Positions 48,075 through 57,484 of a stretch of DNA of 64,000 bases are shown in pieces; position 1 is the stretch's first letter; every line of letters begins with the position of its first letter. The position numbers and the translations under genes were made by a program. The notes beneath the pieces were generated by a model. The model had not been told where the DNA came from and did not search any database. It saw only the letters and a list, made by a program, of their open reading frames with translations. This DNA is from a virus, in IMG/VR virus record IMGVR_UViG_2718218482_000003. One strand, 5' to 3'.

Positions 48075-48603
48075 CTCTTTAAAAAGAGAGTTGAAATGGT
48101 TCAATGAAGGCAGAGAAGAGGCAGAATATTTGCTACAGAGTAGAAAAGGCAAGAATCGACCGATTGGTCGTAGTATGGCATATAAAATATTAAAACGTAC
48201 AGCGGCAGAGTTTGGATTGGATGAAATCGGTACCCATACATTACGCAAAACGTATGGCTATCATATGTACATGCAAACGAAGAATATTGCTTTACTGATG
48301 GAGATATTCAATCACTCATCAGAGAAAGTCACGCTACGGTATATAGGAGTCAATCAGGACGCAATGGATCAAGCAATGAGCAGATTTAAAATCTAATCAT
48401 TGTTTTTTCTTTTGTGTTGTTAGCAAAGAACCATAAATTTCGGATTGTCGCATTGAGAAAGGAAAGTTTGCTAACATCATAGATACCAAGGGTTCTAGGG
48501 GTTCAGTGAATGACACACAATATAAGATATGGATAATTGGGAGACATAAAATGATGTCATTCTGTATAGTAGTTATATATACAACAGATGAGGTGATGGT
48601 GGA

Positions 48604-48849
48604 TTGAGATGCGAAGAGCTACTGTGTGAATTGGCTGAGTATAAAATGTTACAAGGGGAAAAGCCGGATGTAGTAAGGATAAATCCAAACTACTATAGAA
48701 TGGTATTAGAGGAATTGGCTTATCCAAAGTGGTTAATTAGAAAAAAAGAAAAAGTGAAAGCGTGGGAGTTATTAGGGATTAGGATAGAAATTACAGATCA
48801 AATTGAAACGTTTGAAATGAGAATGGCGAAAAAAATGGCAGAGTCGTGA
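48604..48849 (+). CDS. Hypothetical phage protein
   Basis: 81-aa ORF, GAGGTG upstream. Confidence 0.5.
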   Translation: MRCEELLCELAEYKMLQGEKPDVVRINPNYYRMVLEELAYPKWLIRKKEKVKAWELLGIRIEITDQIETFEMRMAKKMAES

Positions 48850-48901
48850 CCGCTTTTTGGCAGGAAAAGTGCCGGTCATTTTGGAATTTTCGTGTTATAG
48901 T
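48836..48901 (+). promoter_or_regulatory. Candidate activator-dependent late promoter
   Basis: TGGCAG direct repeats 22 bp apart (48836, 48858), TGTTATAGT extended -10, no good -35. Confidence 0.35.
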
Positions 48902-49202
48902 TGTAGTATGAGAAGTGGCGGAAAACACAACTCACTATGTTGTTTCTAGAATTCTAAACGGTTCGTAATGACGGCACATAAAATCCGAAACCAGCAGATG
49001 GTACTGAGTGAATGATACCGTTAGTAAGGAGAGCTTTTGCTCTTCTTCTAGTTACTTCATCTTGTTAGCAGTGTATATGAGCAGAAGAACGTGAGGTGAA
49101 TGGAAGAAACGCAAAAGCTTTTGTGTTTGCAATAACATGTGAAAAGCAGCACTGTGTTTGAAAAAGGGATTGAAATCCAATAAATCGAAAGGCTGTGATA
49201 GC

Positions 49203-49418
49203 ATGACATACTTAGAAATTTGCATGAATGGTGGATACAAACATCAAGTGTATATGTCATTAGAAGAGTTTGAAATTTGGGTTACAGATAAAGAGGGATT
49301 GTTACTCAATAAATTAGTACTTGTGGGAGAAGCTATGTTAAATCCAGCTAATATCTCTATGGTCAGGGAAAAAACAAATGGTAATTTCGAAGTTTCAGAA
49401 GTATACAAACCAAAATAA
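49203..49418 (+). CDS. Small hypothetical protein
   Basis: MTYLEICMNGG...MLNPANISMV. Confidence 0.6.
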   Translation: MTYLEICMNGGYKHQVYMSLEEFEIWVTDKEGLLLNKLVLVGEAMLNPANISMVREKTNGNFEVSEVYKPK

Positions 49419-49517
49419 TATATGAAAATAAAGCATTCAGAATGGGTGCTTTTCCTGTTTTAAGAAAGTGAATAATAGCTGTTGGCAGACCATATCAATA
49501 GGGAGGATGGTGATGAG

Positions 49518-49736
49518 ATGGAAAAAATAGTGGCTACACATGTGAGCTTGGTAAATGGGAAAACACATATCTTACATATGAAATTGGAAAGTGTTTTAGA
49601 GAAGATGATTGCGCCAGATGGAAGCTTTCGGGAAGGGTTAATCCGTTTTGAAGATATTGTCATAAATCCAGAACATATTGTTTCTGTACAACAAGTAACT
49701 TCTGTTCGAACACGTAGACCGAGTCGAACGATATAG
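49518..49736 (+). CDS. Small hypothetical protein, possible distant paralogue of the previous one
   Basis: MEKIVATHVSLVNG...VINPEHIVSV; GGAGG upstream. Confidence 0.6.
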   Translation: MEKIVATHVSLVNGKTHILHMKLESVLEKMIAPDGSFREGLIRFEDIVINPEHIVSVQQVTSVRTRRPSRTI

Positions 49737-49795
49737 AACATGTTGAGAAAGCATCCATGCGTGGGTGCTTTTCTTACTTTACAGGAGGATGAAGA

Positions 49796-50119
49796 ATGAT
49801 TGTAGAGATAAGAAAAACAATAGCGGGTACAGAGTATTGGGATAACGAAAAGAAGAAGAGTTTATTTGTACCTACAGGTGAAGAACTAGGATTCGAAGCA
49901 ACGGTTAATCCAAAGAGTATGCTCATTAAGCACGCTGAGAATCAAGTGATTGATGTAGAAGTAATGGATACAGAGACTGAAATGAACCTGGATGATATGA
50001 ATGTTGAACAGTTACGATCCTTTGCTGCAGATCATCATATCGAAGTACCAGCTAAGTTCAAGAAAGAAGAAACAATTCGTAATTATATCGTTGAGCAAGT
50101 AACGACTGGTGCGAAATGA
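49796..50119 (+). CDS. Hypothetical phage protein with C-terminal small helical domain
   Basis: LDDMNVEQLRSFAADHHIEVP...IRNYI. Confidence 0.7.
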   Translation: MIVEIRKTIAGTEYWDNEKKKSLFVPTGEELGFEATVNPKSMLIKHAENQVIDVEVMDTETEMNLDDMNVEQLRSFAADHHIEVPAKFKKEETIRNYIVEQVTTGAK

Positions 50120-50490
50120 AATACTGTGACTTCAATGGCTGCCACAATAAGATAAGCAAAGGACGTTATTGCGGGGAACATAAACGTAACAAACCAAGGA
50201 AGAAGAAAGATAAGAAGAACATCTATCATCATGATAACAAACCATTCTATAGAACGGACGCATGGAAGCTTGTCAGGTCTCAAGTGTACGAACGAGAGAA
50301 AGGATGCTGCGAGCGATGTGGAGGGTTCGTCTTTGGTCGAAGGGCTCATGTTCATCACATTATACCTATTCGACAAGATGAAACATTGAAATTAGAAATA
50401 AATAATTTAATGTTACTTTGTCCGAAGTGTCATGTGGAAGAAGAGAACGCAGGAAAGCCGAGAACCGTATTTCCAAGTTACTTCGAATAA
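50116..50490 (+). CDS. HNH endonuclease (packaging-associated)
   Basis: CCERCG...HVHHIIPI...NLMLLCPKCH. Confidence 0.92.
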   Translation: MKYCDFNGCHNKISKGRYCGEHKRNKPRKKKDKKNIYHHDNKPFYRTDAWKLVRSQVYEREKGCCERCGGFVFGRRAHVHHIIPIRQDETLKLEINNLMLLCPKCHVEEENAGKPRTVFPSYFE

Positions 50491-50560
50491 GCCCCCCCTA
50501 TCCGATTTAGAAAGCGTCTCTCTGGGGAGGATAGGTAGCGTAGGGGGCACGTCAATGGTT
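50490..50560. other. Candidate cos region of prophage 2
   Basis: GCCCCCCC...GGTAGCGTAGGGGGC GC island between HNH and terS. Confidence 0.45.
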
Positions 50561-50593
50561 GCACGATGTTGAAAAAGGAAGGGGGGTGTGAAA

Positions 50594-51019
50594 ATGGCTC
50601 GTATGTCAAAGAAGAAAAAGTTGGAAATACTAGACGTGGCAAGGGATGAAGAACGAAAAAGGATTGCAAAATTGTTGACGGATGAGGGGATATTCACACC
50701 TTCCTTAGAACCTTTGATTGATAATTATCTAGACGCTTTTATCATTTATAAATCGATGTTTGAAGAATGGAAAGCCGATGGCTTTGCTCCTATAAAAACG
50801 CATCAGAACAAGGCTGGAGCGGTAAATGAAATGAAGCATCCACTCGCCCAGCAAGTCGAAACTTGGAATGATAAGAAGAATAAAATGCTAGAAGCGCTCG
50901 GCATGACGAATAAGGGGAAAAGTGTACAAAAAGCACCAAAAAACGATCAAAACAAGGGTCAGAATGAACCACAAGATGAATTAGCGGCGCATCGAGCCAA
51001 ATGGCGGAAATCTACATGA
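50594..51019 (+). CDS. terS: Terminase small subunit (P27-like)
   Basis: KHPLAQQVETWNDKKNKMLEALGMT. Confidence 0.88.
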   Translation: MARMSKKKKLEILDVARDEERKRIAKLLTDEGIFTPSLEPLIDNYLDAFIIYKSMFEEWKADGFAPIKTHQNKAGAVNEMKHPLAQQVETWNDKKNKMLEALGMTNKGKSVQKAPKNDQNKGQNEPQDELAAHRAKWRKST

Positions 51020-52740
51020 TGATTATACCAGGTGTGAACTATGCGGATCAGTATGCAAGTCACGTCATGCGGCATAAAAAGAAATACCCGAAATCGATTA
51101 TTCTTGCGGTAGAGCGATATAAGAAGTGGAAAAAGCGGAAAGATATTTGGTTTGAGGTGGATCGTGCAAATGAAATGTTGGATTTTGTCCAGTCGTTCAT
51201 CCGTCATGTTAAGGGGCCACTCGCAGGTCAATTGATGGAATTAGAACTTTGGGAAATGTTTGTTTTTGCGAATATGTATGGTTGGTATCGTAAAAATGAA
51301 AAAGGGAAAATTGTCCGTGTTGTTCGAGAGGCATATGTGCAAGTTCCAAAGAAGAACGGGAAAACAATTATTGCAGCTGGGGCATTGCTCTATGCGATGT
51401 ATGGAGAACTGGAACTGGGAGCGGATTGTTATTGTGCGGCATCTGACTATGAACAGGCACAAAATGCAGCTGAACCAATAGCACAAGCAATAGAAAACTC
51501 GGAACCATTGGCACGACATACACAGGTGTATAAAGGAATCAATGGTACAGTGAGTGGTGCCATGTACCGATATCATAGGAATGGTATTGCGTATCAGAAT
51601 AAATTTAAGGTATTAACAAAAAATACGAAGGGTCTTGAGGGAAAGAACCCTTATTTTGTGTTGAACGATGAATTACATGCACAAGAAAATATGGACATGT
51701 ACGATAATTTAAAATCTGCCCAGGTATCTCGTGAACAGCCCATGATGCTGAACATTTCAACGGCAGGTAAAGGTTCATCTAGCGTCGGGATGCGTGTGTA
51801 TAAACTTGCAAAAGAAGCGTTGGAAAAAGATAATGACGATCCTTTATTTGTGGCGATTTGGGAGCCAAACAAAGGGTATGACTGGACGGATAGAACAGTG
51901 TGGGAGATGGTGAATCCGAATATTGGTGTTTCTGTGACGATGGAACAACTTGAGAATGAGTATAAGAAAGCGCAACAATCCGCCCATTCGAAAGCAGAAT
52001 TTCTATCTAAACATTTAAATGTGTTCGTGAACGGTGCAGATAATTATTTTGAACAAGATCAGGTGGAACATGTATTAGTAGAGGACTTGGGAGACCTTAC
52101 AGGCGAGACTTGTTTTATCGGGTTAGACTTATCTAAAACAACAGATTTAACTTGTGTCAGTTTAAATTTTCCTACCCATGATGAAGAAGGGAAATCTATT
52201 CTAAAAGTGAAGCAAATGTACTTTATCCCTACGGATAATATTGAATTTAGAGAAAATGAGGATAATGTTCCTTATACAGATATGGTGGAACGAGGATTTG
52301 TAACATTTTGTGATGGGAAGATGATAGACCAGGATCAAGTCTTGGAGTATATCGTAGATTGTATGCATGTGTATGATGTCCAACAAATCAATTATGATCC
52401 AGCGATGTCGCAAAAGTTAATTGAAAAGCTGGAAAATCTCGGTTTGGAATGTATTCTTGTGAAACAATACCCAGATGTAATGAATGCCATGATTGATGAT
52501 TCGGAAATTCTCATCTATGAAAAGCGTTTAATAACGGATAATCCACTGTTTATATATTGTGCACTGAATATGGTGGTGGTTACAAATATGAACGGAATGA
52601 AAGCCCCGAGTAAAAGGCAATCCAAAAAGAAGATTGATGGATTTGTTGCTTTTTTAGTCGCTCATAAAGAAACCATGATGGTAATGGATGATGTGAGTGA
52701 AGAGGGAATGGATGCATTGATTGATGAGATTTATAGATAG
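51016..52740 (+). CDS. terL: Terminase large subunit
   Basis: VPKKNGKT, VLNDELH, ISTAG, GLDLSKTTD, KIDGFVA. Confidence 0.95.
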   Translation: MMIIPGVNYADQYASHVMRHKKKYPKSIILAVERYKKWKKRKDIWFEVDRANEMLDFVQSFIRHVKGPLAGQLMELELWEMFVFANMYGWYRKNEKGKIVRVVREAYVQVPKKNGKTIIAAGALLYAMYGELELGADCYCAASDYEQAQNAAEPIAQAIENSEPLARHTQVYKGINGTVSGAMYRYHRNGIAYQNKFKVLTKNTKGLEGKNPYFVLNDELHAQENMDMYDNLKSAQVSREQPMMLNISTAGKGSSSVGMRVYKLAKEALEKDNDDPLFVAIWEPNKGYDWTDRTVWEMVNPNIGVSVTMEQLENEYKKAQQSAHSKAEFLSKHLNVFVNGADNYFEQDQVEHVLVEDLGDLTGETCFIGLDLSKTTDLTCVSLNFPTHDEEGKSILKVKQMYFIPTDNIEFRENEDNVPYTDMVERGFVTFCDGKMIDQDQVLEYIVDCMHVYDVQQINYDPAMSQKLIEKLENLGLECILVKQYPDVMNAMIDDSEILIYEKRLITDNPLFIYCALNMVVVTNMNGMKAPSKRQSKKKIDGFVAFLVAHKETMMVMDDVSEEGMDALIDEIYR

Positions 52741-52755
52741 AAAGAAGGTGAGAGA

Positions 52756-53940
52756 TTGGGGTTACGAGATCGTTTTTCAAATTATTTGTATCGTAAGCTA
52801 GAAAAACGTGGTTATCTGGATGATGTGTTAGGAAAAAGTATTCGATACGGCGGTGTGTATGTTACGGATTCAAATATTTTGCATTCCAGCGATGTATACG
52901 AATTACTACAAGACATAAGTAATCAAATGGTATTGGCTGATATTGTTGTGGAAGATGAATGCGGGAATGAAATCAAGGATGATATTGCCCTTCAAATTTT
53001 AAGGAATCCCAACAACTATCTAACACAATCAGAATTCATTAAATTAATGACGAATACGTATTTACTCGAGGGAGAAACGTTTCCTATCTTGAATGGAAAT
53101 CAAATACATCTAGCTTCCCATGTTTTTACAGAGTTAGATGATCATTTAGTAGAGCATTTCAACATCGGTGGGGAAGAAATCCCTCCGTTTATGATTCGGC
53201 ACGTGAAAAATATTGGTGCAGATCACCTAAGAGGGAAAGGGATTCTTGATTTAGGAAGAGATACACTCGAGGGTGTTATGTCAGCTGAGAAAACGTTAAC
53301 TGACAAATATAAAAAGGGTGGACTATTAGCATTCTTGTTAAACTTGGATGCCCATATTAATCCGCAAAATGGTGCACAGTCAAAGTTAATCAATGCAATT
53401 TTAGATCAATTGGAATCAATCGATGAATCTAGGTCTGTAAAAATGATTCCACTTGGAAAAGGGTATTCGATAGACACGCTTAAAAGCCCGCTAGACGATG
53501 AAAAGACCTTGGCATATCTAAATGTATATAAAAAGGATTTGGGTAAGTTTCTAGGCATAAATGTGGATACATATACAGAGCTAATCAAAGAAGATATTGA
53601 GAAAGCAATGATGTATATCCACAACAAAGCAGTTAGACCAATCATGAAAAATTTTGAAGACCATTTGAGTCTTCTTTTTTATGGCCAAAATGCGGGGAAA
53701 CGAATGAAATTCAAGATGAATATTCTGGACTTTGTTACGTATAGCAACAAGACAAATATTGGTTACAACCTTGTACGTACCGCTATTACTTCCCCTGATA
53801 ACGTTGCTGATATGCTCGGATTCCCGAAACAAAATACAAAGGAATCACAAGCTATTTATATTTCAAATGACTTGACTGAAATCGGTAAGAAAGAAGCAGC
53901 AGATGGTTCATTGGGAGGAGGTGAAGAGAATGAAAATTGA
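52756..53940 (+). CDS. Portal protein
   Basis: ILRNPNNYLTQSEF, TSPDNVADMLGFP; position. Confidence 0.9.
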   Translation: MGLRDRFSNYLYRKLEKRGYLDDVLGKSIRYGGVYVTDSNILHSSDVYELLQDISNQMVLADIVVEDECGNEIKDDIALQILRNPNNYLTQSEFIKLMTNTYLLEGETFPILNGNQIHLASHVFTELDDHLVEHFNIGGEEIPPFMIRHVKNIGADHLRGKGILDLGRDTLEGVMSAEKTLTDKYKKGGLLAFLLNLDAHINPQNGAQSKLINAILDQLESIDESRSVKMIPLGKGYSIDTLKSPLDDEKTLAYLNVYKKDLGKFLGINVDTYTELIKEDIEKAMMYIHNKAVRPIMKNFEDHLSLLFYGQNAGKRMKFKMNILDFVTYSNKTNIGYNLVRTAITSPDNVADMLGFPKQNTKESQAIYISNDLTEIGKKEAADGSLGGGEENEN

Positions 53941-54511
53941 GATTCGTGGTAATCAAGTCACACTTGATGGTTACGTAAATGTGGTGGACAGAGAAAGTAG
54001 AATGTTACCTTCGCCCAGGGGATATTTCAAGGAAAGAATTGTCCCAAAGGCGTTTGAAAAAGCGTTAAAGAAAGCAAAGAATGTGAATTTGCTTTTTAAT
54101 CACGACAAAAATCGAAAGCTTGGCTCTACACAAAACGGAAATCTGGAATTATATGAAGACAACATTGGTTTACGAGCCATTGCGACTGTTACAGATGAAC
54201 AAGTCATTCAAAAGGCCAAGAATAAAGAATTGCGTGGTTGGTCATTTGGTTTTGTTTCTGAAAAAGATTCATGGGAAGAAGGGGAAGCTGGTGTTCAAAA
54301 GCGATCTATCGAAGAATTAGAACTCTTAGAAGTTTCTATTTTGGATATGACACCAGCCTATGTTGCCACCTCCATTGAAACCAGGGGCGAACAGACAGCC
54401 ATGATTGAAATGCGAAGGGAAGAAACGACTGTACAAACAGTTGTGGATGAAGAAAGAGAAGAAAGAAATCATTTGATTCAACAAATAAAAACTGTTTTGG
54501 AGGGAATATAG
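53927..54511 (+). CDS. HK97-family prohead protease
   Basis: LLFNHD, GWSFGF, LLEVSIL...PAY. Confidence 0.92.
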   Translation, partial: RMKIEIRGNQVTLDGYVNVVDRESRMLPSPRGYFKERIVPKAFEKALKKAKNVNLLFNHDKNRKLGSTQNGNLELYEDNIGLRAIATVTDEQVIQKAKNKELRGWSFGFVSEKDSWEEGEAGVQKRSIEELELLEVSILDMTPAYVATSIETRGEQTAMIEMRREETTVQTVVDEEREERNHLIQQIKTVLEGI

Positions 54512-54512
54512 G

Positions 54513-55832
54513 ATGAAGGTAAAAGAAATTTTAAATGCATCTTTAGCAAGAACAAAATCTAGATTAGCAGAATTACAAAGTAAAGTTGAAAAAAATGAGG
54601 TGCGTTCAGAAGAATTAACAGCTGTAAAAGCAGAAGTAGAGCAATTAACACAAGAAGTACGAACGATTTCAGAAGAATTAGCAACACTGGAAGAGGAAGA
54701 AAAGGAAGAGGATCCAGACAAAAAGAAAAAAGATGATGATCCAGAGAAAAAAGAAAATGCAGAAGCAAAAGAAAATCCGGATGGAAAAACGGAACTGTCA
54801 GAAGAGCAACGTTCCGCTATTTCAGCATCTATCGCCGCAGCGCTTTCTACCAAAGGTCATACATCGACTACAAATAAAGAAAAGGAAACTCGTTCTGCTT
54901 TTGCGAACTATATCGTCGGTAACATTGATGAAACAGAGGCTCGTGCGTTAGGCTTGGTTACTGGTAATGGTTCAGTTACGATTCCAGATTTCTTAAGTAA
55001 AGAAATTATCACGTATGCACAAGAAGAAAACTTCTTACGTCGATTGGGCACAGGCGTAAAAACAAAGGAAAATATAAAATATCCTGTTTTAGTGAAAAAG
55101 GCAGAAGCACAAGGGCATAAAAATGAGCGAAGTAATAATGAAATGCCGGAAACAGATATTGAGTTCGATGAAATCGAATTATCACCAACGGAATTTGATG
55201 CGCTTGCTACAGTAACGAAAAAGTTATTAGCACGTACGGGTTTACCGATTGAACAAATCGTGATGGAGGAGTTAAAGAAAGCGTACGTTCGGAAAGAAAC
55301 GCAATATATGGTGAATGGTGATGAAGCGAATAACATCAATGATGGTGCATTGGCAAAGAAAGCCGTTGCGTTTAAAACGGATGAAAAAAATTTGTATGAT
55401 GCATTAGTAAAAATGAAAAATACACCTGTGAAAGAAGTCCGTAAAAAAGCGCGTTGGGTGCTAAATACAGCGGCATTAACGAAAATCGAAACCATGAAAA
55501 CAGATGACGGTTTCCCATTACTTCGTCCGTTTAATCAAGCGGAAGGTGGTATTGGCTATACATTATTCGGTTTCCCTGTTGAAGAAGAAGATGCGATTGA
55601 CATGCCTGATTCACCAGATACACCTGTATTCTATTTTGGTGACTTTTCTAAATTCTACATTCAAGATGTCATTGGGTCACTCGAAGTACAAAAATTAGTG
55701 GAGTTATTCTCACGAACAAACCGTGTTGGTTTCCGCATTTGGAACTTACTCGATGCACAACTCATTCATTCCCCATTTGAAGTGCCAGTTTATAAATATA
55801 TCTTGCAGGATGGGACGCAGACGAAACCCTGA
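54513..55832 (+). CDS. Major capsid protein (HK97 fold with delta domain)
   Basis: Coiled-coil N-terminus, GSVTIPDFLSKEII, YFGDFSKFYIQD; ends CCC TGA. Confidence 0.95.
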   Translation: MKVKEILNASLARTKSRLAELQSKVEKNEVRSEELTAVKAEVEQLTQEVRTISEELATLEEEEKEEDPDKKKKDDDPEKKENAEAKENPDGKTELSEEQRSAISASIAAALSTKGHTSTTNKEKETRSAFANYIVGNIDETEARALGLVTGNGSVTIPDFLSKEIITYAQEENFLRRLGTGVKTKENIKYPVLVKKAEAQGHKNERSNNEMPETDIEFDEIELSPTEFDALATVTKKLLARTGLPIEQIVMEELKKAYVRKETQYMVNGDEANNINDGALAKKAVAFKTDEKNLYDALVKMKNTPVKEVRKKARWVLNTAALTKIETMKTDDGFPLLRPFNQAEGGIGYTLFGFPVEEEDAIDMPDSPDTPVFYFGDFSKFYIQDVIGSLEVQKLVELFSRTNRVGFRIWNLLDAQLIHSPFEVPVYKYILQDGTQTKP

Positions 55833-55887
55833 TGAACCGCTTCCAATCGGAGAAGCGGTGATTGGGAAGAGTTTGATACTTTCATAG
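55828..55887 (+). CDS. Candidate +1 frameshift extension of the capsid protein
   Basis: CCC TGA then +1 frame PDEPLPIGEAVIGKSLILS. Confidence 0.55.
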   Translation, partial: PDEPLPIGEAVIGKSLILS

Positions 55888-55900
55888 GAGGGATGCCAGG

Positions 55901-56191
55901 ATGGGAAAAACAAAAGAAGCAGTCAAAGCATTATTTGTGACGGGATATAAGCCAACGCAACAAGATTTTGCCGATTTAATTGATGTAGCAGGAGTGCAAG
56001 GGCCCAAAGGTGATAAAGGGGACAAGGGAGAAGCGGGCGCAGCTGGTGTGAAAAGCGTTGACGGAAAAAATGGAACGAACGGTGTGGGTGTGAAATCTAT
56101 TTCTGTAACGATTGATACTGCTGGGAAAATTACAGGTGGAACATGGGTTGGAACAGATGATAAATCAAATCCCATTACGATACATAGCTAG
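55901..56191 (+). CDS. Short collagen-like virion protein
   Basis: FVTGYKPTQQDFADLID then GVQGPKGDKGDKGEAGAAG. Confidence 0.8.
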   Translation: MGKTKEAVKALFVTGYKPTQQDFADLIDVAGVQGPKGDKGDKGEAGAAGVKSVDGKNGTNGVGVKSISVTIDTAGKITGGTWVGTDDKSNPITIHS

Positions 56192-56205
56192 TATGGGTAC
56201 TTCAT

Positions 56206-56463
56206 ATGAATAATCTAATCGATGAATTAAAAGCGCATATTCATTGGGAACAGGGCATGGATGATTCTATGCTCTCTTTTTATATCAATCAAGCAAAGAT
56301 GTATGTGAAACATGCGACAGGTAAAGAGACCGAGTATTTAATTATTATGGTCGCCGGTATTTTTTATGAATATCGTGTGGCAGAAAAAGAATTAGAACAA
56401 GCACTGGATGCTATGACACCGTTCTTTATTCAGGAGGTATATGATGCCGAAGAGACCGAGTAA
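56206..56463 (+). CDS. Head-tail connector
   Basis: LKAHIHWEQGMDDSML...YVKHATG. Confidence 0.8.
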   Translation: MNNLIDELKAHIHWEQGMDDSMLSFYINQAKMYVKHATGKETEYLIIMVAGIFYEYRVAEKELEQALDAMTPFFIQEVYDAEETE

Positions 56464-56776
56464 TAAGCTCAAATGGATAGGAGAACTACTGAAATTGGGA
56501 GAAACCATTGATCCAGAAACAGACCGTGTTGTGATGGGATACCCATTCGAACGAAATATTCGGTATAACAATATGGGCGTTACAGCAACCGATAAATTGA
56601 CAACGAAAGACACGAATGAAATTGTAAAAAAGATTGAAGTGCGTATGGATCGGGATATGGAAAAGAATCAAAAGGATTACCGTGTAAAAGTGGGTGGTCG
56701 TATTTACAATATAGAACGTATGTATGTACGGGAAGAAGACCGAATGATGGAGGTGTCACTGTCCTATGCAAATTAG
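56441..56776 (+). CDS. Head closure protein
   Basis: RVKVGGRIYNIER; position. Confidence 0.75.
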   Translation: MMPKRPSNKLKWIGELLKLGETIDPETDRVVMGYPFERNIRYNNMGVTATDKLTTKDTNEIVKKIEVRMDRDMEKNQKDYRVKVGGRIYNIERMYVREEDRMMEVSLSYAN

Positions 56777-57095
56777 TTTTGAACAGTTACGAGGCATCAT
56801 GAAAGAATCAGGCATGCCAGTGTACCGTGATGAAGCTCCTACAACAGCAAATTATCCGTACATTGTGTATGAATTTGTGAATGAGCAACATAAACGGGCT
56901 TCTAACCAAGTTGTAAAGTCTATGCCAATGTATCAAATTGCAGTCATTACAAAGGGTACTGAAAAAGACTATGAGCCTTTAAAGGCCATCTTTAATGATT
57001 TTGATGTTTCTTATTCTCAATTTGAGAGTTATCCATACGACGAAAATGACGATACAATCACACAATTCATAACAAATGTGAGGTGTATCCAGTAA
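56766..57095 (+). CDS. Tail terminator-like protein
   Basis: APTTANYPYIVY; position. Confidence 0.6.
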   Translation: MQISFEQLRGIMKESGMPVYRDEAPTTANYPYIVYEFVNEQHKRASNQVVKSMPMYQIAVITKGTEKDYEPLKAIFNDFDVSYSQFESYPYDENDDTITQFITNVRCIQ

Positions 57096-57472
57096 TGGCT
57101 TCAAATAACAATGGTTTTGCTGAAGCCTTAGAAGATATCAATACGCTATTACGGGTGAATAAAAAAGTAAGTTTGGATGTATTAGAGGAAGCAGCAAAGT
57201 ATTTTGCAGCAGAATTAAGAAAACGCATGAAAATGTCGGATAAGAACAAGCGAGTCCATTTAAAAAATAGCTTGAAAGTCGTTGTAAAGAATGATTATGT
57301 ATCTGTGGAATTTGAAGATGCAGCATGGTACTGGTATTTAGTTGAACATGGCCATAAAAAAGCGAATGGAAAAGGGCGAGTGAAAGGGTTGCATTTTTTT
57401 CGAAATACGTTTGATGCAGAAGGTGACAACATTGCCGATAGGATGGCACAAAAAATAATAGATAGAATGTGA
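57083..57472 (+). CDS. HK97 gp10-like tail completion protein
   Basis: WYWYLVEHGH...HFFRNTFD. Confidence 0.8.
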   Translation: MYPVMASNNNGFAEALEDINTLLRVNKKVSLDVLEEAAKYFAAELRKRMKMSDKNKRVHLKNSLKVVVKNDYVSVEFEDAAWYWYLVEHGHKKANGKGRVKGLHFFRNTFDAEGDNIADRMAQKIIDRM

Positions 57473-57484
57473 GGGGGATGGAAC

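Larger units (their letters stand above)
46280..48396 (+). pseudogene. Second (XerD-like) tyrosine recombinase interrupted by IS1111-type copy 2
   Basis: MNFVQPIRD...TGLRISDIL; rejoined ...QITSSLKRELKW...THTLRKTYGY...FNHSS...TLRYIG. Confidence 0.92.

Noticed and set aside
54326-55495. Long minus-strand ORFs opposite capsid, TMP and Tal genes (also 10066-12650, 14821-15282, 59310-61868)
   Set aside because: Typical shadow frames of codon-biased structural genes; Ser/Phe-rich, no RBS.
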